From Eledone cirrhosa (lineage: Eukaryota): a stretch of DNA of 64,000 nt. Positions 15,001-25,760 of the stretch are shown piece by piece (position 1 is the first letter of the stretch; each line of letters opens with the position of its first letter). The position numbers and the translations under genes were made by a program. The notes under the pieces were generated by a model, which did not search any database, had not been told where the DNA came from, and saw nothing but the letters and a program-made list of their open reading frames with translations. The stretch is from assembly GCA_964016885.1 (NCBI GenBank), contig OZ024745.1, positions 1,488,001-1,552,000 on the forward strand, in the 5' to 3' direction.

Positions 15001-18000
15001 TTGAGTATTTCAGATAGTTTAGGGCGAGACCAACGTGTCGAGTATTTCAGATAGTTTAGGGCGAGACCAGTGTGTCGTGTATTTCAGATAGTTTAGGGCG
15101 AGACCAACGTGTCGAGTATTTCAGATAGTTTAGGGCGAGACCAACGTGTTGAGTATTTCAGATAGTTTAGGGCGAGACCAGTGTGTTGAGTATTTCAGAT
15201 AGTTTAGGGCGAGACCAACGTGTCGAGTATTTCAGATAGTTTAGGGCGAGACCAACGTGTCGAGTATTTCAGATAGTTTAGGGCGAGACCAGTGTGTTGA
15301 GTATTTCAGATAGTTTAGGGCGAGACCAACGTGTCGAGTATTTCAGATAGTTTAGGGCGAGACCAGTGTGTTGAGTATTTCAGATAGTTTAGGGCGAGAC
15401 CAGTGTGTCGAGTATTTCAGATAGTTTAGGGCGAGACCAGTGTGTTGAGTATTTCAGATAGTTTAGGGCGAGACCAACGTGTCGAGTATTTCAGATAGTT
15501 TAGGGCGAGACCAGTGTGTCGTGTATTTCAGATAGTTTAGGGCGAGACCAGTGTGTCGAGTATTTCAGATAGTTTAGGGCGAGACCAACGTGTCGTGTAT
15601 TTCAGATAGTTTAGGGCGAGACCAGTGTGTTGAGTATTTCAGATAGTTTAGGGCGAGACCAGTGTGTCGAGTATTTCGATAGTTTAGGCCGAGACCAGTG
15701 TGTTGAGTATTTCAGATAGTTTAGGGCGAGACCAACGTGTCGAGTATTTCAGATAGTTTAGGGCGAGACCAACGTGTCGAGTATTTCAGATAGTTTAGGG
15801 CGAGACCAACGTGTCGAGTATTTCAGATAGTTTAGGGCGAGACCAGTGTGCCGAGTATTTCAGATAGTTTAGGGCGAGACCAGTGTGCCGAGTATTTCAG
15901 ATAGTTTAGGGCGAGACCAACGTGTCGTGTATTTCAGATAGTTTAGGGCGAGACCAGTGTGTTGAGTATTTCAGATAGTTTAGGGCGAGACCAACGTGTC
16001 GAGTATTTCAGATAGTTTAGGGCGAGACCAACGTGTCGAGTATTTCAGATAGTTTAGAGCGAGACCAACGTGTCGAGTATTTCAGATAGTTTAGGGCGAG
16101 ACCAGTGTGCCGAGTATTTCAGATAGTTTAGGGCGAGACCAGTCTGCCGAGTATTTCAGATAGTTTAGGGCGAGACCAGTGTGCCGAGTATTTCAGATAG
16201 TTTAGGGCGAGACCAGTGTGCCGAGTATTTCAGATAGTTTAGGGCGAGACCAACGTGTCGAGTATTTCAGATAGTTTAGGGCGAGACCAGTGTGCCGAGT
16301 ATTTCAGATAGTTTAGGGCGAGACCAGTGTGCCGAGTATTTCAGATAGTTTAGGGCGAGACCAGTGTGCCGAGTATTTCAGCTAGTTTAGGGCGAGACCA
16401 ACGTGTCGAGTATTTCAGATAGTTTAGGGAGAGACCAGTGTGTTGAGTATTTCAGATAGTTTAGGGCGAGACCAGTGTGCCGAGTATTTCAGATAGTTTA
16501 GGGCGAGACCAGTGTGTCGAGTATTTCAGATAGTTTAGGGCGAGACCAGTGTGCCGAGTATTTCAGATAGTTTAGGGCGAGACCAGTGTGCCGAGTATTT
16601 CAGATAGTTTAGGGCGAGACCAGTGTGCCGAGTATTTCAGATAGTTTAGGGCGAGACCAATGTGCCGAGTATTTCAGATAGTTTAGGGCGAGACCAGTGT
16701 GCCGAGTATTTCAGATAGTTTAGGGCGAGACCAGTGTGTCGAGTACTTCCGATAGTTTAGGGCGAGACAAATGTGTCGAGTATTTCAGATAGTTTAGGGC
16801 GATACCAGTGTGCCTAGTATTTCAGATAGTTTAGGGCGAGACCAGTGTGTCGAGTATTTCAGATAGTTTAGGGCGAGACCAACGTGTCGAGTATTTCAGA
16901 TAGTTTAGGGCGAGACCAGTGTGTTGAGTATTTCAGATAGTTTAGGGCGAGACCAACGTGTCGAGTATTTCAGATAATTTAGGGCGAGACCAGTGTGTTG
17001 AGTATTTCAGATAGTTTAGGGCGAGACCAACGTGTCGAGTATTTCAGATAGTTTAGGGCGAGACCAGTGTGCCGAGTATTTCAGATAGTTTAGGGCGAGA
17101 CCATTGTGTTGAGTATTTCAGATAGTTTAGGGCGAGACCAGTGTGTTGAGTATTTCAGATAGTTTAGGGCGAGACCAGTGTGTTGAGTATTTCAGATAGT
17201 TTAGGGCGAGACCAACGTGTCGAGTATTTCAGATAGTTTAGGGCGAGACCAACGTGTCGAGTATTTCAGATAGTTTAGGGCGAGACCAGTGTGTTGAGTA
17301 TTTCAGATAGTTTAGGGCGAGACCAGTGTGTTGAGTATTTCAGATAGTTTAGGGCGAGACCAACGTGTCGAGTATTTCAGATAGTTTAGGGCGAGACCAA
17401 CGTGTTGAGTATTTCAGATAGTTTAGGGCGAGACCAGTGTGTTGAGTATTTCAGATAGTTTAGGGCGAGACCAACGTGTCGAGTATTTCAGATAGTTTAG
17501 GGCGAGACCAACGTGTCGAGTATTTCAGATAGTTTAGGGCGAGACCAGTGTGTTGAGTATTTCAGATAGTTTAGGGCGAGACCAACGTGTCGAGTATTTC
17601 AGATAGTTTAGGGCGAGACCAGTGTGTTGAGTATTTCAGATAGTTTAGGGCGAGACCAGTGTGTCGAGTATTTCAGATAGTTTAGGGCGAGACCAGTGTG
17701 TTGAGTATTTCAGATAGTTTAGGGCGAGACCAACGTGTCGAGTATTTCAGAGGTTTAGGGCGAGACCAGTGTGTCGTGTATTTCAGATAGTTTAGGGCGA
17801 GACCAACGTGTCGAGTATTTCAGATAGTTTAGGGCGAGACCAACGTGTTGAGTATTTCAGATAGTTTAGGGCGAGACCAGTGTGTTGAGTATTTCAGATA
17901 GTTTAGGGCGAGACCAACGTGTCGAGTATTTCAGATAGTTTAGGGCGAGACCAACGTGTCGAGTATTTCAGATAGTTTAGGGCGAGACCAGTGTGTTGAG

Positions 18001-21000
18001 TATTTCAGATAGTTTAGGGCGAGACCAACGTGTCGAGTATTTCAGATAGTTTAGGGCGAGACCAGTGTGTTGAGTATTTCAGATAGTTTAGGGCGAGACC
18101 AGTGTGTCGAGTATTTCAGATAGTTTAGGGCGAGACCAGTGTGTTGAGTATTTCAGATAGTTTAGGGCGAGACCAACGTGTCGAGTATTTCAGATAGTTT
18201 AGGGCGAGACCAGTGTGTCGTGTATTTCAGATAGTTTAGGGAGAGACCAGTGTGTCGAGTATTTCAGATAGTTTAGGGCGAGACCAACGTGTCGTGTATT
18301 TCAGATAGTTTAGGGCGAGACCAGTGTGTTGAGTATTTCAGATAGTTTAGGGCGAGACCAGTGTGTCGAGTATTTCAGATAGTTTAGGCCGAGACCAGTG
18401 TGTTGAGTATTTCAGATAGTTTAGGGCGAGACCAACGTGTCGAGTATTTCAGATAGTTTAGGGCGAGACCAACGTGTCGAGTATTTCAGATAGTTTAGGG
18501 CGAGACCAACGTGTCGAGTATTTCAGATAGTTTAGGGCGAGACCAGTGTGCCGAGTATTTCAGATAGTTTAGGGCGAGACCAGTGTGCCGAGTATTTCAG
18601 ATAGTTTAGGGCGAGACCAACGTGTCGAGTATTTCAGATAGTTTAGGGCGAGACCAGTGTGTTGAGTATTTCAGATAGTTTAGGGCGAGACCAACGTGTC
18701 GAGTATTTCAGATAATTTAGGGCGAGACCAGTGTGTTGAGTATTTCAGATAGTTTAGGGCGAGACCAACGTGTCGAGTATTTCAGATAGTTTAGGGCGAG
18801 ACCAGTGTGCCGAGTATTTCAGATAGTTTAGGGCGAGACCATTGTGTTGAGTATTTCAGATAGTTTAGGGCGAGACCAGTGTGTTGAGTATTTCAGATAG
18901 TTTAGGGCGAGACCAGTGTGTTGAGTATTTCAGATAGTTTAGGGCGAGACCAACGTGTCGAGTATTTCAGATAGTTTAGGGCGAGACCAACGTGTCGAGT
19001 ATTTCAGATAGTTTAGGGCGAGACCAGTGTGTTGAGTATTTCAGATAGTTTAGGGCGAGACCAGTGTGTTGAGTATTTCAGATAGTTTAGGGCGAGACCA
19101 ACGTGTCGAGTATTTCAGATAGTTTAGGGCGAGACCAACGTGTTGAGTATTTCAGATAGTTTAGGGCGAGACCAGTGTGTTGAGTATTTCAGATAGTTTA
19201 GGGCGAGACCAACGTGTCGAGTATTTCAGATAGTTTAGGGCGAGACCAACGTGTCGAGTATTTCAGATAGTTTAGGGCGAGACCAGTGTGTTGAGTATTT
19301 CAGACAGTTTAGGGCGAGACCAACGTGTCGAGTATTTCAGATAGTTTAGGGCGAGACCAGTGTGTTGAGTATTTCAGATAGTTTAGGGCGAGACCAGTGT
19401 GTCGAGTATTTCAGATAGTTTAGGGCGAGACCAGTGTGTTGAGTATTTCAGATAGTTTAGGGCGAGACCAACGTGTCGAGTATTTCAGAGGTTTAGGGCG
19501 AGACCAGTGTGTCGTGTATTTCAGATAGTTTAGGGCGAGACCAACGTGTCGAGTATTTCAGATAGTTTAGGGCGAGACCAACGTGTTGAGTATTTCAGAT
19601 AGTTTAGGGCGAGACCAGTGTGTTGAGTATTTCAGATAGTTTAGGGCGAGACCAACGTGTCGAGTATTTCAGATAGTTTAGGGCGAGACCAACGTGTCGA
19701 GTATTTCAGATAGTTTAGGGCGAGACCAGTGTGTTGAGTATTTCAGATAGTTTAGGGCGAGACCAACGTGTCGAGTATTTCAGATAGTTTAGGGCGAGAC
19801 CAGTGTGTTGAGTATTTCAGATAGTTTAGGGCGAGACCAGTGTGTCGAGTATTTCAGATAGTTTAGGGCGAGACCAGTGTGTTGAGTATTTCAGATAGTT
19901 TAGGGCGAGACCAACGTGTCGAGTATTTCAGATAGTTTAGGGCGAGACCAGTGTGTCGTGTATTTCAGATAGTTTAGGGAGAGACCAGTGTGTCGAGTAT
20001 TTCAGATAGTTTAGGGCGAGACCAACGTGTCGTGTATTTCAGATAGTTTAGGGCGAGACCAGTGTGTTGAGTATTTCAGATAGTTTAGGGCGAGACCAGT
20101 GTGTCGAGTATTTCAGATAGTTTAGGCCGAGACCAGTGTGTTGAGTATTTCAGATAGTTTAGGGCGAGACCAACGTGTCGAGTATTTCAGATAGTTTAGG
20201 GCGAGACCAACGTGTCGAGTATTTCAGATAGTTTAGGGCGAGACCAACGTGTCGAGTATTTCAGATAGTTTAGGGCGAGACCAGTGTGCCGAGTATTTCA
20301 GATAGTTTAGGGCGAGACCAGTGTGCCGAGTATTTCAGATAGTTTAGGGCGAGACCAACGTGTCGTGTATTTCAGATAGTTTAGGGCGAGACCAGTGTGT
20401 TGAGTATTTCAGATAGTTTAGGGCGAGACCAACGTGTCGAGTATTTCAGATAGTTTAGGGCGAGACCAACGTGTCGAGTATTTCAGATAGTTTAGGGCGA
20501 GACCAACGTGTCGAGTATTTCAGATAGTTTAGGGCGAGACCAGTGTGCCGAGTATTTCAGATAGTTTAGGGCGAGACCAGTCTGCCGAGTATTTCAGATA
20601 GTTTAGGGCGAGACCAGTGTGCCGAGTATTTCAGATAGTTTAGGGCGAGACCAGTGTGCCGAGTATTTCAGATAGTTTAGGGCGAGACCAACGTGTCGAG
20701 TATTTCAGATAGTTTAGGGCGAGACCAGTGTGCCGAGTATTTCAGATAGTTTAGGGCGAGACCAGTGTGCCGAGTATTTCAGATAGTTTAGGGCGAGACC
20801 AGTGTGCCGAGTATTTCAGCTAGTTTAGGGCGAGACCAACGTGTCGAGTATTTCAGATAGTTTAGGGAGAGACCAGTGTGTTGAGTATTTCAGATAGTTT
20901 AGGGCGAGACCAGTGTGCCGAGTATTTCAGATAGTTTAGGGCGAGACCAGTGTGTCGAGTATTTCAGATAGTTTAGGGCGAGACCAGTGTGTCGAGTATT

Positions 21001-22752
21001 TCAGATAGTTTAGGGCGAGACCAGTGTGTTGAGTATTTCAGATAGTTTAGGGCGACACCAGTGTGTCGAGTATTTCAGATAGTTTAGGGCGAGACCAGTG
21101 TGTCGAGTATTTCAGATAGTTTAGGGCGAGACCAGTGTGCCGAGTATTTCAGATAGTTTAGGGCGAGACCAGTGTGCCGAGTATTTCAGATAGTTTAGGG
21201 CGAGACCAGTGTGCCGAGTATTTCAGATAGTTAAGGGCGAGACCAGTGTGTTGAGTATTTTAGATAGTTTAGGGCGAGACCAGTGTGTCGTGTATTTCAG
21301 ATAGTTTAGGGCGAGACCAGTGTGCCGAGTATTTCAGATAGTTTAGGGCGAGACCAGTGTGCCGAGTATTTCAGATAGTTAAGGGCGAGACCAGTGTGTT
21401 GAGTATTTCAGATAGTTTAGGGCGAGACCAGTGTGTTGAGTATTTCAGATAGTTTAGGGCGAGACCAACGTGTCGAGTATTTCAGATAGTTTAGGGCGAG
21501 ACCAGTGTGTTGAGTATTTCAGATAGTTTAGGGCGAGACCAGTGTGTTGAGTATTTCAGATAGTTTAGGGCGAGACCAGTGTGTTGAGTATTTCAGATAG
21601 TTTAGGGCGAGACCAGTGTGCCGAGTATTTCAGATAGTTTAGGGCGAGACCAGTGTGCCGAGTATTTCAGATAGTTTAGGGCGAGACCAGTGTGCCGAGT
21701 ATTTCAGATAGTTTAGGGCGAGACCAACGTGTCGAGTATTTCAGATAGTTTAGGGCGAGACCAGTGTGCCGAGTATTTCAGATAGTTTAGGGCGAGACCA
21801 GTGTGCCGAGTATTTCAGATAGTTTAGGGCGAGACCAGTGTGCCGAGTATTTCAGATAGTTTAGGGCGAGACCAACGTGTCGAGTATTTCAGATAGTTTA
21901 GGGCGAGACCAGTGTGCCGAGTATTTCAGCTAGTTTAGTGCGAGACCAGTGTGTCGAGTATTTCAGATAGTTTAGGGCGAGACCAGTGTGCCGAGTATTT
22001 CAGATAGTTTAGGGCGAGACCAGTGTGTCGAGTATTTCAGATAGTTTAGTGCGAGACCAGTGTGCCGAGTATTTCAGATAGTTTAGGGCGAGACCAGTGT
22101 GCCGAGTATTTCAGATAGTTTAGGGCGAGACCAGTGTGCCGAGTATTTCAGATAGTTTAGGGCGAGACCAGTGTGTCGAGTATTTCAGATAGTTTAGGGC
22201 GAGACCAGTGTGCCGAGTATTTCAGATAGTTTAGGGCGAGACCAGTGTGCCGAGTATTTCAGATAGTTTAGGGCGAGACCAGTGTGCCGAGTATTTCAGC
22301 TAGTTTAGTGCGAGACCAGTGTGTCGAGTATTTCAGATAGTTTAGGGCGAGACCAGTGTGCCGAGTATTTCAGATAGTTTAGGGCGAGACCAGTGTGTTG
22401 AGTATTTCAGATAGTTTAGGGCGAGACCAGTGTGCCGAGTATTTCAGATAGTTAAGGGCGAGACCAGTGTGTTGAGTATTTCAGATAGTTTAGGGCGAGA
22501 CCAGTGTGCCGAGTATTTCAGATAGTTTAGGGCGAGACCAGTGTGCCGAGTATTTCAGATAGTTTAGGGCGAGACCAGTGTGTCGTGTATTTCAGATAGT
22601 TTAGGGCGAGACCAGTGTGTTGAGTATTTCAGATAGTTTAGGGCGAGACCAGTGTGCCGAGTATTTCAGATAGTTAAGGGCGAGACCAGTGTGTTGTGTA
22701 TTTCAGATAGTTTAGGGCGAGACCAGTGTGTTGTGTATTTCAGATAGTTTAG
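1..22752. repeat. 37-bp tandem satellite, 615 monomers (continues beyond the left edge); consensus GGCGAGACCAGTGTGTCGAGTATTTCAGATAGTTTAG
   Basis: Period read directly. The last monomer starts at 22716, i.e. 614x37 minus 3 bp from position 1, matching three visible 1-bp-shorter units (~15678, ~17750, ~19488). Variation is concentrated in the CCAGTGTGTCGAG segment. Confidence 0.98.
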
Positions 22753-23000
22753 TGATAACCAATTAATTGACTGAAATAGGGAAAGTTAGTAATAGAAATA
22801 AATAAATTGAGAAAATTGATGGAGTTAATTCAATTTTTTAAATTGAAACCAATAATGAAATATTCTAAAAATGCGACACACAATAGTTGAACTTTTAACG
22901 AGTTATTGTATGTTTATTGGCGATATAGTAGGGGAAATGATTAGTGCACACTAGGTGTACACCATATCTCTAGCTTACCTCCACCCCCACACTGTTCACA

Positions 23001-23022
23001 CATACATACGTACATACATACA

Positions 23023-23058
<36 letters not shown>

Positions 23059-23322
23059 TATACATCATGGACGTATCTTATTTTGTCATTACCACTCACA
23101 TGTACTTCTATCCACCTATACATGTGCATATATATATATATATGTGTATATGTATGTGTGTGTGAGAGAGTGTGTGTGTGTGTGAGAGTGAGAGAGAGAT
23201 GAAGAGAGTGTGTGTGTGTGTATGTATGTTTGTGTACATGTGTGTGTGAGAGAGAGAGTGAGAGAGTGTGTGTGTATGTGTGTTTGTGTGTTTGTGTGTG
23301 TGTGAGAGAGAGAGAGTGTGTG

Positions 23323-23353
<31 letters not shown>

Positions 23354-23379
23354 ATGTGTGTGAGAGAGAGAGAGAGAGA

Positions 23380-23410
<31 letters not shown>

Positions 23411-23460
23411 TGTGTGTGTGTGTGTATGTGTTTGTGTACGTGTGTGTGTGTACATTTACA
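23001..23460. repeat. Mixed microsatellites: (TACA)n, (TA)n, alternating (TG)n/(AG)n
   Basis: Seen directly. Confidence 0.93.
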
Positions 23461-23687
23461 TACTCAAACATCCATTACATGCATGAATAAGTGGCAGAGA
23501 GAAAGGCGATGGTGTAGGAGGAGATGTGGTGGGGGAGGGAGGGGTAAGTGATGGATGAGGTAAGAGGAAATAGAGGAAGGAGGAGAAGGGGAGTGAATGG
23601 GAGAGATTTATGGGGGGGGGGTGAAATAAATTAATGAGTCTGTATGTGGCAATGGAGGGAGCCACTATCTGTCTCTATAGCTCTCTG

Positions 23688-24030
23688 TGTATATGGGTAT
23701 ATGTGTGGATATAGATGTGTGTGTATGTGTATCTGTGTATATATGTATGTATATGTGTGGATATGTATGTGGATATAGATATGTGTGTATGTGTGTATAT
23801 ATGTATGTATATGTGTGGATATGTGTTATATATATATATGTAGGTCTGCATGAATATGTGGATATGTGTGTGTGTGAATGTGAATATGTGTGTGTGTATG
23901 TGGATATGTGTATGTGGATATGTGTGTGTGTGTATGTGGATATGTGTATGTGGATATGTGTGTGTATGTGTATATGTGTGTGTGTGTGTATGTGTGTATG
24001 TGTATATGTATATATGTGTATATATGTCAT
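23688..24030. repeat. Degenerate (TG)/(TA) microsatellite punctuated by a recurrent TGTGGATAT motif
   Basis: TGTGGATA recurs about nine times between 23704 and 23957. Confidence 0.85.
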
Positions 24031-24135
24031 TATGTATTTGAATAATTGTGCACATCTCTGTTTCTTCCCCACCCGTCTCTCATCCCCCCCTCTCTATTGT
24101 GGACAGGGGGGAAAGGAAGAGGAGAATACAGCAAC

Positions 24136-24625
24136 AGTAGGAGTAGTAGATATTAGGGAGTAGGAGTAGTAGGGAGTAGTAGATATTAGGGAGTAGGAGT
24201 AGTAGATATTAGGGAGTAGGAGTAGTAGGGAGTAGTAGATATTAGGGAGTAGGAGTAGTAGATATTAGGGAGTAGTAGATATTAGGGAGTAGGAGTAGTA
24301 GATATTAGGGAGTAGGAGTAGTAGGGAGTAGTAGTAGATATTAGGGAGTAGGAGTAGTAGGGAGTAGTAGATATTAGGGAGTAGGAGTAGTAGATATTAG
24401 GGAGTAGGAGTAGTAGGGAGTAGTAGTAGATATTAGGGAGTAGGAGTAGTAGGGAGTAGTAGATATTAGGGAGTAGGAGTAGTAGAGAGTAGTAGATATT
24501 AGGGAGTAGGAGTAGTAGATATTAGGGAGTAGTAGATATTAGGGAGTAGGAGTAGTAGATATTAGGGAGTAGGAGTAGTAGGGAGTAGTAGTAGATATTA
24601 GGGAGTAGGAGTAGTAGATATTAGG
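24136..24625. repeat. Modular minisatellite AGTAGGAGTAGTAG(GGAGTAGTAG)ATATTAGGG, about 17-18 units of roughly 17-36 bp
   Basis: Units are built from AGTAGG, AGTAGTAG and ATATTAGGG modules; each unit ends in TTAGGG. Confidence 0.93.
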
Positions 24626-25760
24626 AAGAGTAGGAGAAAGAGAGGGGAAGAAGGGGAGGAGAATAACAGACAAGGATGAGGAAAATAATGAGGAGTGACA
24701 GGGAGAGGGAGAGAGAGAGGGGGAGAGAGAGGTAGAGAGGGGGAAAGAGAGGGAGAGACAGATGGGGGAGGGGGAGAGATAGATCGAGAGTGAGGGAGCG
24801 AGGTAGAGAGAGGGTGAGTGAGAGAGCGAGAGAGGGATGAGAGAGGGAGAGAGACAGATGGGGGAGGGGGAGAGATAGATCGAGAGTGAGGGAGCGAGAT
24901 AGAGAGAGGGGGAGTGAGAGAGCGAGAGAGGGGGGGAGAGGGGGAGATGGGGGGGGGATGGGGGGGGAGGGATGAGAGACGGAGAGAGAGGAAGAGAGAG
25001 AGAGAGGAGAGGGCGAGAGAGGGGGATGAGAGAGGGGAAGAGAGAGCGAGAGAGCGGGAGAGAGAGGGGGAGATAGAGGGGAAGAGAAAGAGGGATGAGA
25101 GAGGGGGAGAGAGACGGGGAGAGAGAGGGGGAGAGAGAGCGAAAGAGGGGGAGAGAAAGATGGATGAGAGAGGGGGAGAGAGAGGGGGAGAGAGGGGGAG
25201 AGAAAGAGAGATGAGAGAGAGGGAAAGAGAGGGAGAGAGAGGGAGAGAGAAAGAGGGATGAGAGAGAGAGAGAGATGGGAGAGAGAGAGGGAGAGAGAGA
25301 GATGAGAAATTGAATTAGAGTAAGAAAAGGTGGAATAATAATAGAAGAGTGCAGAATAGAGGAGGAAGGAGTAAGAGGAAGAGAGAGAGAGAGAGAGATA
25401 GTGTAAGTGGGAGGGGGATGGCGAAGGTGGTGTGGTGGTGGAGGTGGATAAGATATAGAGAGGGGGAAATAGAAGAAAAGATGGTGGTGGGGGGAGAAAG
25501 AAGAAACTATAGAGAAAGTAAGGCTACACAATAGGGAAGAGTGAGAGGGGGAGGGATATAAAGGGAGATAAGGAGAAATATAGGCAGTATGAGTGGAGGG
25601 GGGAAATGGCGATAATATAAAGGACAGAGAAAGGGAGAGAAGGAGGAGGCAAAAAGAGTGAACTAAGGGAGATAATTGGGGCAGGCAAAGAGAAAAACTT
25701 GGGAATAAAAGACTAAATATAGAAATGGGAAGAATAAGACTGATAGAGAAACACAGATAT
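24626..25760. repeat. Polypurine (GA/GGGA-rich) low-complexity tract with an internal 96-bp direct duplication
   Basis: CAGATGGGGGAGGGGGAGAGATAGATCGAGAGTGAGGGAGCGAG occurs at 24759 and 24855. Confidence 0.9.

Noticed and set aside
1-22752. CRISPR array (constant ~28 bp + variable segment, 37-bp period)
   Set aside because: The variable part is ~9 bp of point variants of one sequence, not unique spacers. There are no cas genes or leader, and the context is eukaryotic.
22760-22837. Palindrome CAATTAATTG and inverted repeat AAAATTGA...TCAATTTT
   Set aside because: Short and expected by chance in very AT-rich DNA.
23688-24030. Homology between TGTGGATAT motifs and the reverse complement of the 33.5-37 kb unit
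   Set aside because: The shared sequence is only ~9 bp in a TG-rich background, and the distinctive TTACCGTAC linker is absent.
24136-24625. True telomere or interstitial telomeric array
   Set aside because: TTAGGG occurs only singly per unit, never as tandem (TTAGGG)n.
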